DNA from: a bacterium
GTDB lineage: Bacteria; UBA8248
Length of the DNA: 64,000 bases
Assembly: GCA_965204535.1 (NCBI GenBank)
Contig: CBDBEV010000001.1
Span: 1,088,001 to 1,152,000, forward strand
Direction: 5' to 3'
In this document: in pieces, positions 29,693 to 39,381 of the stretch
Numbering within the stretch: the stretch's first letter is position 1
Layout: each line of letters opens with the position of its first letter
Program-made: the position numbers and the translations under genes
Notes under the pieces: generated by a model
The model's database searches: none
What the model saw: only the letters and a program-made list of their open reading frames with translations
What the model was told of the DNA's origin: nothing

Positions 29693-30886
29693 ATGAAAGT
29701 GACTCGAAGCTTCATGGCAATCGCGTTCCTGGGGGCGGCGACGCTCCTCACCGGTTCGGCCCTGGCGTCAGATGAAATCACCATCGGCGGGTCCATCTCC
29801 CATACGGGCCGTTACGCGGAGCCGGCAGGCCGGTTCATCAACGCCTACCGTCTGTTCGCCGACCGGCAAAACGCCAAGGGCGGCCTGCTGGGCAAGAAGG
29901 TGAAGCTGATTCTCCTGGACGATAAATCGGACAAGCAGACCAGCATCAAGCTCTACGAGAGACTTATCGTGCAGGAGAAGATCGACCTCACGCTCGGTCC
30001 CTACTCCAGCGGCATCACCGACGCGGTGGCCAACCTCTTTGAAAGGCACGAATACCCCACGCTGGCGCCGGGCGCTTCCTCCAGAGGGCTGTGGGAGAAG
30101 GGCAGAAAATACCTTTTCAACCAAAACGCCGTAGCCCAAAAAAACCACAAGGGCGCGCTGCACCTCGCCAGGGACATCGGGGTGAAGCGAATCGCCATCA
30201 TCGGCGAGGACAGCCTTTTTCCCCGGCAGTCGGCGGAGGGTGCCGTGGAGTGGGCGAAGAAGCTCGGCCTCAAAGTGGTGCTGAACGAAAACTATCCGCG
30301 CAGGCAGACCGACTTCACAGCGCTGCTTCAGAAGATCAAGGCGCGCCGGGCGGAGGCGCTTTTCTCGAACAGCTACTTCGCGGACGCCGCCGCGCAGATT
30401 CGCCAGCTCCGGGAGCTCAACATCAACCTCAAGATTTTCGCCGGAACCATCGGCCCCGGTCTCCCGAAGTTCGCCGAGCAACTCGGCGCCACGGCGGAGT
30501 ATGTCCTGGGCTTCAGCCAGTGGGAGCCGCAACCCGACGCCCTGAAGTTTCCGGGTATGAGAGAACTCATTGACTCCTACGAGAAGCGCCACGGGGTGAA
30601 GCCGAGCGATCATGTCGCTATCGCTTACGGGGCGATGGAGGTGGTGAGTCAGGCGATTCTGAAAGCAGGTTCCCATGATCGCCAAAAAGTCTGGAAGACG
30701 CTACGCACCTCGGCGTTCCAGACCGTGATGGGAAGATGGAAGGTGGATGAGAACAACCTCAACGGACGGGACGGCCTGACGTTCCAGATTCTCGACGGCA
30801 GGCGCAGAATCGTCTGGCCGAAAGAACTCGCGGAAGTTTCCTATGAGCTGCCGATGCCTGGATGGAAGGAGAGAAGCAAACGCTGA
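29693..30886 (+). CDS. branched-chain amino acid (HAAT)-type ABC substrate-binding protein, orphan
   Basis: Signal peptide, IGGSISHTGRYA, NAKGGLLGKKV, LGPYSSG. Confidence 0.88.
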   Translation: MKVTRSFMAIAFLGAATLLTGSALASDEITIGGSISHTGRYAEPAGRFINAYRLFADRQNAKGGLLGKKVKLILLDDKSDKQTSIKLYERLIVQEKIDLTLGPYSSGITDAVANLFERHEYPTLAPGASSRGLWEKGRKYLFNQNAVAQKNHKGALHLARDIGVKRIAIIGEDSLFPRQSAEGAVEWAKKLGLKVVLNENYPRRQTDFTALLQKIKARRAEALFSNSYFADAAAQIRQLRELNINLKIFAGTIGPGLPKFAEQLGATAEYVLGFSQWEPQPDALKFPGMRELIDSYEKRHGVKPSDHVAIAYGAMEVVSQAILKAGSHDRQKVWKTLRTSAFQTVMGRWKVDENNLNGRDGLTFQILDGRRRIVWPKELAEVSYELPMPGWKERSKR

Positions 30887-30890
30887 AGAT

Positions 30891-30980
30891 GATGGGCGAC
30901 ATCGTCGAGAAACTCAAAGCCGGTCCGGGGCGCCTGCCGGGAAACGCCGGTTTTCTGATTCAAACGATGACCCGGGCGAG
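30891..30980 (+). repeat. degenerate second copy of the hcmA 3' end and downstream sequence
   Basis: GATGGGCGACATCGTCGAGAAACTC...CCGGGAAACGCCGGTTTTCTGATTCAAACG...CCCGGGCGAG matches 29533-29621. Confidence 0.85.
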
Positions 30981-31258
30981 TGCCGCGGCCGCCACATCAG
31001 ATAGCCGGGTTTCTTCGTCCTGCAGCGCTTTTCCCGGGACGCGGCCGACCTGTCCGCGCGTCGTAGAGTTCAAAACTCCGCTTCGATGGTCTCTTTGGGT
31101 TTGGCGAGAGGACGCTCCCTGAAGTTGTAGTCCTCGCCGGCGCGCGACACAAGGGAATCAGCTGCGTCAAAGGGTTTCTTCATGGACGGCTACTCCATTT
31201 TCGCAGGATCTGGCCAGACGCGCATTTGCGCCGCCGGGTTGCTGTCTGCGTATCCGGA

Positions 31259-34201
31259 TCAAGCGATTTGCCTTTTGATCAATTCCTTGAATACCCCGTC
31301 GACTTCCTTGAGTTCATCGAAGGAACCGCTTTGTACGAGTTTTCCGGCCTGCAGCACGTAGATGCGGTCGGCCTGTTCCAGCGTGGACAGCCGGTGGGCA
31401 ATGATGAGCCGGGTGGAAGTCAGGGCGGCGAGGTTCTGCATGACCCTGGCCTGGCTTTCGTTATCCAGCCAGTTGGTCGCCTCGTCCAGCAACATGATTC
31501 GAGGGCTCCCGATTATCGAGCGGGCGATTGTGATGCGCTGGCTCTCGCCGCCTGAGAGGACGGACCCGCTGGTGCCCACCATGGTCATCATGCCCATGGG
31601 CATGTCCCTGACCTGGGCTTCAACTTCGGCGGTCCGGACCGCATCCCATACCTCCTCGGTCGCCACTTCATCATGGTGAGAGACCAGATTGTCCCAGAGA
31701 TCTTGCGGATGGAGTCCGACGGATTGGGGCACCGCGCCGATTTTCCGGCGCACCTGTTTCAGATTCAGGTGCCTCAGGTCGCGACCGTCGTAATACACCG
31801 CGCCGGCGGTCGGGCAGTCTATGCCGAGTGCGAGCCGGAACAGGGTGCTCTTGCCGGCGCCGGACTCACCGGCAATCGCGATGAATTCGCCGGGACGGGC
31901 GCGAATCGTGACGTCGTCGAGAATCAACGGACCATCGGGACCGTAGCGGAAGGAAATGCGGTCGAACAGTATTTCACCGCCCAGGTATTCGACCGGCTCT
32001 CCTTCCGCCACGGTTTCAGGAACGGCGGAGAGCAGCGGGCGCATCTGCTCGAACGCGGGCCGCATGACGGCAATGGCGCCGAAGGACTCACCGAGCCGGG
32101 CGATGGCGGACTGGAAAACGAGAAAAACCGTATAAACGACGAGAAAATCGCCGACCGGAATGTTCCGGTCTCCCGCCGCCGCCACCGCAAAAAGCAGCAC
32201 CCCGCCGGCCAGAAAAGGGAGCGCGGCGCCGAATGCCCGCGAATGCCCCTCAAACGCGCTCAGATCGATCTCCGCGCGTTTCTGCTCACGATAATCCTTC
32301 GCCCAGATGGCGTAAGCCGACCCTTCCGCATTATCCATTCGCAACTTGGAGATGCCTCCCACGATCTGGAACAGTCGACCGGCTACGCGGCGTGCTGCGC
32401 TGATCATCCGCCCATAAGGTGGAATCTGACGCAACCCGAGGACTACGGTGACCAGCAGCGAAGCCAGGCTGAAGACGAGGGTGATGAGGCCGAGGGTGGC
32501 GTCGTAGAAGAAAATGACGCCGAAAACCGGAAGCAGAAAAATGATCGACAGAAAACTGTCGGCGACGACCCCCCGCAAGCCGTCGCGAAGATTCTGGAAC
32601 GTCATTCCCGAGGATGCCAGATCGCCGGCCGGATGGCGGTGCAGAATGCTTGGCGGAAGGCGCATGAGACGATCCCAGAAGGCGGCTTCGAGCCGGGATG
32701 CCGAGCGCCCCTCGAGCCGCATCATCGCCGTGCTTTGAAGCAGGTGCAGCAGTGCGCCGAGCAGGCCGAACGCTGCTACCGCCACGGCAACGGCATAGAG
32801 CGCTTCTGCGCTTCCGCCCGCCAAAATTTGATCCGCAACGAACCCGAGCGCGAGCGCCGGCAACAAGTTGATCAAGCCGTATGGAAGCCCGGAAATTACA
32901 AGCCGCGCCAAATCCGCGCCCGATCCGTGCAGGGCCATTCCCAGCAGGTCTTTCGGTTTCACGTCCTCCGGCGGCAATGGCCGATAGAACATCCAGGCTT
33001 CCTCTTCCAGTGCGGCCGCGCGGTCCGCTGTCACCCGGAGGCTGCGTTTGCTGACCGGGTCGATTTCCCGGTATCGCCCGAACATTCCCGGCAGCAGCGC
33101 CACGGGGCGGCCGTCCTCGGCGCGGAATGCCAGCATCGCGTTGCTGTCGCCGCGCCACCAGCTGCCCTCGGCTTTGAATCGCACGCGCCGGGCGCGTACG
33201 CCCGACGCATCGAGAACGTCAACGAGGCCGACCGGAGAATCGGAAAGTGCCGAGCGAGCCGGTATCTTGAAATCGATTCCTTCATGGTCCCCGATGAGTT
33301 GCAGGGTATCCGCCAGAGCCGTGTCCTCGATACCGGCATCCCGGTCAATCGGAAGGTCATAGATATTGAAGAGCCGCTGCCGCGCAGCATTTTCGGCCGT
33401 GCGGCGGCTGGTTGTCCGCGCGCGTTCGAGATTGACGTCATCGACCACGACCAGTCGGCGGTTCAGGCGTTCCAGAGTGAAAGCAACCGCGTGAAAAGAG
33501 GCGAGCGCCGGCAGCAGCATGCCTTGCTCCGCCAGTGTTTCGGTAGATTCGCCCGTCAGTGTCGCCTCGTCGAACAAGGTGAGGCAGCTTGTCCGCGTCA
33601 GCGGAATAACGGCTTCGTGAGGGCCGCACGCCTCCGCAAGTTCCGCCGAGTCGATAATACCCATGAACAGGCTTGCGCCGCGCGGCGGTTCGGATACCCA
33701 TACCACCCCGCGACGTACGGATAGCGTACAAGGGGCCAGGGTCTGCGTCAGACCGGGTTCGGCCAGCGCAGTCGGACGCGGAAGGGGGCTTGCGAAACGC
33801 GACAGTGTTTCCGTAATGGCGGTCAGCCAGGTATCGGCCTGTTCCGCCAGTTCCGATGAACGAACCTGGGACAGCAAGGAAGCCGGCAGACGTTTCAGAA
33901 GGGTGCCCGGCTGTCCCTTGGCAATGAGGCTGAGCGTCGTGTCCTCGTCACCGTCTCGTTGATCCGGGCCGACACCCGGCAGCAACCAGCCCGATTCCCG
34001 GCGCAACAGATGCTGTGGCGCCGCCTGCTCCACCCCGTCCTTGAATTCGACCAGGAACAGATTGACGGCGCCCTGATCGATGAACCAGACACTATCCGGG
34101 TCGTCGAGCTTGACCGGCAGGTTGGCGGCGCAGGGCACGGATGTGCCGAAGCGAGCGGCGAGTTCGGCTATGGACGTGTATTCCGGCCTTGTATTCTGCA
34201 T
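31259..34201 (-). CDS. NHLP/NHLM bacteriocin-system ABC transporter, permease/ATP-binding subunit (peptidase-less)
   Basis: N-terminal LDDPDSVWFIDQGAVNLF, RARRVRF..WWRGDSNAMLAF, ABC membrane region, GESGAGKST, LSGGESQR, LDEAT; ATG overlaps upstream TGA. Confidence 0.88.
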   Translation of the reverse strand: MQNTRPEYTSIAELAARFGTSVPCAANLPVKLDDPDSVWFIDQGAVNLFLVEFKDGVEQAAPQHLLRRESGWLLPGVGPDQRDGDEDTTLSLIAKGQPGTLLKRLPASLLSQVRSSELAEQADTWLTAITETLSRFASPLPRPTALAEPGLTQTLAPCTLSVRRGVVWVSEPPRGASLFMGIIDSAELAEACGPHEAVIPLTRTSCLTLFDEATLTGESTETLAEQGMLLPALASFHAVAFTLERLNRRLVVVDDVNLERARTTSRRTAENAARQRLFNIYDLPIDRDAGIEDTALADTLQLIGDHEGIDFKIPARSALSDSPVGLVDVLDASGVRARRVRFKAEGSWWRGDSNAMLAFRAEDGRPVALLPGMFGRYREIDPVSKRSLRVTADRAAALEEEAWMFYRPLPPEDVKPKDLLGMALHGSGADLARLVISGLPYGLINLLPALALGFVADQILAGGSAEALYAVAVAVAAFGLLGALLHLLQSTAMMRLEGRSASRLEAAFWDRLMRLPPSILHRHPAGDLASSGMTFQNLRDGLRGVVADSFLSIIFLLPVFGVIFFYDATLGLITLVFSLASLLVTVVLGLRQIPPYGRMISAARRVAGRLFQIVGGISKLRMDNAEGSAYAIWAKDYREQKRAEIDLSAFEGHSRAFGAALPFLAGGVLLFAVAAAGDRNIPVGDFLVVYTVFLVFQSAIARLGESFGAIAVMRPAFEQMRPLLSAVPETVAEGEPVEYLGGEILFDRISFRYGPDGPLILDDVTIRARPGEFIAIAGESGAGKSTLFRLALGIDCPTAGAVYYDGRDLRHLNLKQVRRKIGAVPQSVGLHPQDLWDNLVSHHDEVATEEVWDAVRTAEVEAQVRDMPMGMMTMVGTSGSVLSGGESQRITIARSIIGSPRIMLLDEATNWLDNESQARVMQNLAALTSTRLIIAHRLSTLEQADRIYVLQAGKLVQSGSFDELKEVDGVFKELIKRQIA

Positions 34202-36411
34202 CAGCCCGACTTCACCAGTTTGTAATACGTGCCGTCCCGATCCGCGATCAACTCGTCGTGCGTGCCGCATTGCACCGTGACGCCTTTGTCGAGCACGATG
34301 ATTCTGTCGCAATCCCGCACGGTGCTCAGCCGGTGCGCAACGATCAGGCACGTGACGCCGCGACGCCGCAGGGCATCATCGACATATTCCTCCGTTGCGG
34401 CATCGAGTGCGCTGGTCGCCTCGTCCAGAATGAGCACTGTCGGATTGCCCACCAACGCACGGGCGATTTCGAGGCGTTGCTGCTGGCCGCCGCTGAAATT
34501 CGCCCCGCCCTCTTCGACGAGGGTCGTATATCCCTGCGCTCGAAGCAGGATTTCGTCATGGATATGGGCATCCCGTGTCGCGGCGAAGATGACTTCATCC
34601 GGAATGGCCGGGTTCCACAACGTAATATTGTCGCGCAGGGAAGCGGAAAAGAGCACGACCTCCTGATCCACCATGGATATGGACTGCCGCAGCACTTCTT
34701 CTGGAACCTGATTCCGCGGATGACCATCAAACAGGATTTCACCCGACCAGGGCTGATAGACACCCGAAACCAGACGCGCCAGGGTCGACTTGCCGGAACC
34801 GCTGGGACCGACCACGGCAACGCGCTGCCCCGGCTTGATCACGAGGTTGAAGTCCTTTATCAAAGGCGGTCGGCTCTTGTTGTAGCCGAAGGCGACGTTC
34901 CGCAGTTCTAGTTGGCCCGCAAGTTGGAGCCGGCCGTTGAACGTGGAGATTGACTCCGGCTCCGGACTCCTGCGGCTGAAAACGGGATCTTCATCGGTTT
35001 TGGAGATGTCCTCGAACCGTTGCATATCGGTTTCGAGCGCCTGACGGTTTTCGGCAAACTCCAAAAATCGCTTGACGGGAGCCAGAAACATCTCCGCCAG
35101 GATGTAAAATCCGACCAGCATCCCCAGGGTCATTTCTCCGGTCATGACCAAACTGCCCCCGATGCCGAGAATCGCCGCACTGCGGAGTGCGTCAATCAGA
35201 CCCGGAAGCGAGGTATTGACGGAGCCCAGTTCGGAATACAGTTGGCGCGCACGCAGTTCACGCGCCTGTTGACCACTCCAGCGCGAAAAAAACCGGTCAT
35301 CCGCTCCCGTCATGCGCAGATTGTCCGCATGACGCAACATCTGCATGCCGAGACCAATCAGCAAACCCTGCTCGCGTCTCATCACCTGACTCCGAACAGC
35401 CCGGAGGGCGTTGAGAAAGTGGGCCAGCATTCCGTGCAGAAGGGCCAGCAAAAGCACAACCAGCGTGAGCAGGATATCGTAAGTGAACATCGCTATGAGC
35501 AACACCACGCTCATCGCCATGTCGATGATGAGCACAAGAAACTGATCCGCCAGATTCCTGGCGATTCTGTCGGTGGACGAGACTCGATCGGTCAGATCGC
35601 CCGCCAGCCTGTGCTCAAAAAACTCCACCGGCAACCGCAGGAGCCGTGACATGCCGCGACTGTACCCAATCACCGACAAGCGGACCGAGAGCCGCTTGAG
35701 GAACCGGTGTTTGAGCAAGGACAGGACGTATACCAGGACGCCGCCGCCGAGCAAGGCAGTCACCAATCCGCCCCAGGACCCATGTTTTTTCATTACATCG
35801 TCGACGAAAACACCGAGAGATGCGGGAATAATCAATGTCAATAACGTCAACATGAGTCCGCAGGCAATCACCCCGGTAAGCACACTCCATGATCCGGAGA
35901 GCAAGGCGCCCAATTGCCTGAACAAGTCGGGTTGCTCGCCTCCGGGCCTGAAATCGGCGCCGCACTTGAAACGAAGCGCAATGCCGCTGTAGCCCTTGTT
36001 GAACTCTTCGGCGGAAATCCTGCGCCGCCCCGTGGAGGGGTCGTTGAGGTAGAAATAGCGTCCATCGAATCCGTCGAGGACAACGAAATGGCTGAATTGC
36101 CAGAACAAAATCAAGGGCAACTCCAGCTTTTTCAGTTGTTCGGCGCGTACGCTGAGCCCACTGCATTCGAGACCATAGTGTCTGGAGGCGCGCAAGATGC
36201 TTGCGGCGCTGCTGCCGTCCCGGCTCACCTCGCATTTTTCGCGCAATTCGGTAAGCGGCACCCAACGCCCGAAGTAGGCCAGTACGATGCCGAGACAGGC
36301 GGCGCCGCATTCTGAAACATGCATCTGCAGCAGAATCGGCGTGGTTACCCTCTGCGCCGATGTGTCCGAAGAGGCCTTATCGCCGGCTTGTTTGGAGGTG
36401 AAAGACGGCAT
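34201..36411 (-). CDS. NHLP bacteriocin-system ABC transporter with C39 peptidase domain
   Basis: QMHVSECGAACL (catalytic Cys), SRDGSSA, FWQFSHFVV, LNDP, GPSGSGKST, FSGGQQQR, LDEATSALD. Confidence 0.92.
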   Translation of the reverse strand: MPSFTSKQAGDKASSDTSAQRVTTPILLQMHVSECGAACLGIVLAYFGRWVPLTELREKCEVSRDGSSAASILRASRHYGLECSGLSVRAEQLKKLELPLILFWQFSHFVVLDGFDGRYFYLNDPSTGRRRISAEEFNKGYSGIALRFKCGADFRPGGEQPDLFRQLGALLSGSWSVLTGVIACGLMLTLLTLIIPASLGVFVDDVMKKHGSWGGLVTALLGGGVLVYVLSLLKHRFLKRLSVRLSVIGYSRGMSRLLRLPVEFFEHRLAGDLTDRVSSTDRIARNLADQFLVLIIDMAMSVVLLIAMFTYDILLTLVVLLLALLHGMLAHFLNALRAVRSQVMRREQGLLIGLGMQMLRHADNLRMTGADDRFFSRWSGQQARELRARQLYSELGSVNTSLPGLIDALRSAAILGIGGSLVMTGEMTLGMLVGFYILAEMFLAPVKRFLEFAENRQALETDMQRFEDISKTDEDPVFSRRSPEPESISTFNGRLQLAGQLELRNVAFGYNKSRPPLIKDFNLVIKPGQRVAVVGPSGSGKSTLARLVSGVYQPWSGEILFDGHPRNQVPEEVLRQSISMVDQEVVLFSASLRDNITLWNPAIPDEVIFAATRDAHIHDEILLRAQGYTTLVEEGGANFSGGQQQRLEIARALVGNPTVLILDEATSALDAATEEYVDDALRRRGVTCLIVAHRLSTVRDCDRIIVLDKGVTVQCGTHDELIADRDGTYYKLVKSG

Positions 36412-36412
36412 C

Positions 36413-36991
36413 TTATGACCGCCTCATTCGAAATAGTGCGATCGGAGATTGCCTGCCGAGCTCGATGACAATCCGGCATTTCCTGCCCGCAAGGGAATCC
36501 AAATCAAGACCTTCTTCGAGCGCGATATCAATGCGGTACACGGACACCGGCGCCGCGGACCCAAACGCCGCCAGCCCCCCGGAAAAGGGCACGGCGGAAA
36601 TCGCCCTGACCTCTCCGGCAAGTGCGCCTGTTTCTCCGTCTGCCGCATCCGGCTCAATCACCACCGGCATCCCGGCCTCGATATGAGGAACGATGCCGCT
36701 CTCGACCCAGACGAGGACCTGCACGGACCGTCTGCCGTCGGGCAAGTTTTCGCCTTGTTTGACCAGTGTGCCGTCTACCGCAATATTACGAGCCACGTTG
36801 CCGAAGAAAAGCCATGCCGAGAGGATGCACAGCAAAAGCGCAATGGCGGCGACAAGCAGACGCTCCCGCGGCGTGGAAACTGTCAGTAGCCGATCGAGTT
36901 GTTCGCGTTCTTCCTTCGCTTCGGCAACAGTTTTATGAAATGAGTCGAACGGATTGTTGAACACGACCGCAGAGTAGCCTCCTTGTAGCAA
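36413..36991 (-). CDS. short NHLP-system secretion (HlyD-like) protein
   Basis: EQLDRLLTVSTPRERL followed by a TM helix and C-terminal IELGRQSPIALF, typical of NHLM secretion proteins; lacks the long coiled-coil middle. Confidence 0.7.
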   Translation of the reverse strand: MLQGGYSAVVFNNPFDSFHKTVAEAKEEREQLDRLLTVSTPRERLLVAAIALLLCILSAWLFFGNVARNIAVDGTLVKQGENLPDGRRSVQVLVWVESGIVPHIEAGMPVVIEPDAADGETGALAGEVRAISAVPFSGGLAAFGSAAPVSVYRIDIALEEGLDLDSLAGRKCRIVIELGRQSPIALFRMRRS

Positions 36992-37094
36992 TCAGGCAAG
37001 GTGAAAAATCTCACCCCGTTTGGAAATATCTCATAAAATTACAGGCAATCCAGATCAAGAAATGTCACGGTTTGGGAGTAGCGGATTGCCGTTG

Positions 37095-37255
37095 CACGGA
37101 ACAGATCGTTATCCTCCGGGATGAGTTGCTCCAGAGAACCGGCCGCGAACAATTCCGGTTGCTCGCGTCGCCTGCGTCCCGACATCTCCGGAGACTCCCC
37201 CTCACGGGCGCTGAAAATGATACGAAACCACAGGGCGGGGACTTTTTCAACGGCC
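37095..37255 (-). pseudogene. IS1182 5' remnant (left IR plus first ~30 codons)
   Basis: IR ..GACTTTTTCAACGGCCTG at ~37238-37257; translation MSGRRRREQPELFAAGSLEQLIPEDNDLFR matches the N-terminus of the two full transposases. Confidence 0.8.
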
Positions 37256-37368
37256 TGAAACGGACTCCATACGCAGCAGACAAACGATCTTCTCCGACTT
37301 GCAGACCTTCCTGGCCATCCTCCGCCTCCTCGTTTCTTGACTCGGGGGGCCAAACCAATGGCGTAGAA

Positions 37369-37746
37369 TCAACCGATGTTGAAATTTCCCAAGACCGGCG
37401 CCTGGCAGCCCAGCCCCTGGGACATCTGGCAATAACAGGAGAGAGGGAAGTACGCCAACGTCCGATTCCAGTCTGATTTGTCAATGACCGACTGGTTCTT
37501 CAGTTCAATCATTTCGTCGAATTTGTGGAGCGCAGCGCAACCCACGAACTCAGGGTCCGCCACCTTTCGATGCTGCGGCCAGGCGTGGTCGCGGGCGTAT
37601 CTCCAGAATCTGCTGTCATAGCTGGAGCCGCAGGAATAGTGCCAACCGACGAACAAGCCGAAGCAGAGCATGTTGTTGATGAGGAATCGATTGACCATCG
37701 GCGCGTCGCGATCGAGATTCTCCGCCGAACGGTTCAGGCGTATATG
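37369..37746 (-). pseudogene. C-terminal fragment of a flavin-dependent (tryptophan) halogenase-like protein
   Basis: LFVGWHYSCGSSYDSRFWRYAR resembles the HY..S..DS.FW motif of Trp halogenase C-termini; 5' part replaced by a REP cluster. Confidence 0.6.
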
Positions 37747-37933
37747 AGGGACAGGCCCCCGTGCCCGTCCTGGTCCTGTCCACCCTGCAAAGGACAACCA
37801 CGGGGGGTTGTCCCTCCGGCGGCCGCAATGATTTCGCAGGGGTCAGACATATATGTCTGACTGTGTGTTCTCCCATGCGGAGTCGGGCGTCATGAAACGG
37901 GGCGATGGGGTGGACACGCAGGTCCGCCCCTAC
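37746..37933. repeat. cluster of REP-like hairpins
   Basis: GGGACAGGCCCCCGTGCCCGTCC, AGGACAACCACGGGGGGTTGTCCCT, GTCAGACATATATGTCTGAC, GGGTGGACACGCAGGTCCGCCCCTAC. Confidence 0.7.
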
Positions 37934-38018
37934 ACACCCCGCCCCTTTTGACCTCGTGCCTCCGTTCTCCTACACTCGCGCGCGTTTGTTCGTTCATGGC
38001 GCATTAAGGAGTTAGAAC

Positions 38019-39077
38019 GTGAAAATCGGCATCATCGGCCCCGCTGCCAGTGGCAAGACGACGCTGTTCAACGCGCTCACGGGGGGCGCGGCCATAACGG
38101 GGGGATACGGCGCCGCGCGGGTGAACGTGGGTGCGGCGGCTGTGGCGGACGAGCGCGTGGACGCCCTGAGCGGGGTTTTCAAACCGAAAAAGACGACGCA
38201 TGCAAGCGTCAACTTCGTGGATGCGCCGGGCGTGGGCGATGCGGGCGCCGCGAAAAGCGCCGAGGCCATCCCCCAGGCGCTGGAGGGCGCGGACGCGCTT
38301 CTGGTGGTGGTGCGCGCCTTCGAGGACGCGGGCGTTCCGCACCCGAAGGAGAGCATCGACCCAGCGCGCGATCTGGCGGACGTGCGTTTCGACCTGATGC
38401 TGCGCGACCTCGCCGTCGTCGAGCGGCGGGTGGAGCGTCTGGAGCGCCTGGTGAAGCTGAAGCGCGACCCGGCCGAGGCGGCGGAGTTCGCGCTTTTGGG
38501 CCGCATCCGCGAGGCGCTCGAAGAGGGCCGCCCCGTCCGCTCGATGCAGATGAGCGAGGAAGAAGCGCGCTCCGTCAAAGGTTTCGGCTTTCTCTCCGCC
38601 AAGCCGCTGCTCTTCGTGGTGAACGTGGGCGAGGATCAGATGGGAGAGGCGGACGCTTTCGCCAAACTGAACGGGGAGACGCCCGTCGTCCTGGCCGCGA
38701 GACTCGAAGAAGAACTCGCCCAACTGCCGGACGAGGAGCGGGCGGAGTTTCTCGCCGACTACGACCTCGAATCATCCGCCCTCGACAAGGTGATTCAGGC
38801 GGCGTTCTCGCTGCTCAATCTCAGGTGTTTCTTCACCGTGAGCGAGGAGGAGGTGCGCGCCTGGCCGGTTCGCGCGGGCACGGTCGCGCTCCATGCGGCG
38901 GGGACGATTCACTCCGATCTCGAGCGCGGTTTCATTCGCGCGGAGGTGATCTCGTTCCCCGACTTCATGGCGGCGGGTTCGCTCGCCGCGGCGCGGGACA
39001 GGGGAACCTTGAGACTGGAAGGCAAGGACTACGTCGTCAACGACGGCGACATCTTCCACGTGCGGTTTAATGTGTGA
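38019..39077 (+). CDS. ychF: YchF/Ola1-like OBG-family ATPase (DUF933 TGS C-terminus)
   Basis: GPAASGKTTLFNALT, AGTIHSDLERGFIRAEV, RLEGKDYVVNDGDIFHVRFNV; RBS AAGGAG, GTG start. Confidence 0.85.
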   Translation: MKIGIIGPAASGKTTLFNALTGGAAITGGYGAARVNVGAAAVADERVDALSGVFKPKKTTHASVNFVDAPGVGDAGAAKSAEAIPQALEGADALLVVVRAFEDAGVPHPKESIDPARDLADVRFDLMLRDLAVVERRVERLERLVKLKRDPAEAAEFALLGRIREALEEGRPVRSMQMSEEEARSVKGFGFLSAKPLLFVVNVGEDQMGEADAFAKLNGETPVVLAARLEEELAQLPDEERAEFLADYDLESSALDKVIQAAFSLLNLRCFFTVSEEEVRAWPVRAGTVALHAAGTIHSDLERGFIRAEVISFPDFMAAGSLAAARDRGTLRLEGKDYVVNDGDIFHVRFNV

Positions 39078-39381
39078 GCGTAACTCAAAACCAACCCCCC
39101 CTACCCCCCTTGACGGGGCTGTTGAAAAAGTCCGAGGAGAGAGGAATCACTCCCCCCTTGAGGGGGAGTCGAAGAGCTGAGGGCGTAAGCCCGAAAGCGA
39201 TTCGGTGGGGGGTATAATCCGGAGTGGCGATAAAACGCATTTTACCCCCCACCGATTCAGCCTTCGCACAAACCGCTCGGCTTCATCGACTCCCCCTCAA
39301 GGGGTTGTTGAAAAAGTCCGGAACTCTGGATTTGTCGTATGTAACCGACCGACGAGAGAGAAAAATCACTCCCCCCTTGAG

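Noticed and set aside
30980-31258. Possible small RiPP precursor or ORF in the SBP-NHLP spacer
   Set aside because: No leader or double-glycine motif and no convincing RBS-linked ORF.
39091-39381. Repeated palindromes considered as a CRISPR array
   Set aside because: No regular repeat-spacer period and no cas genes; explained by REP/MITE nesting.
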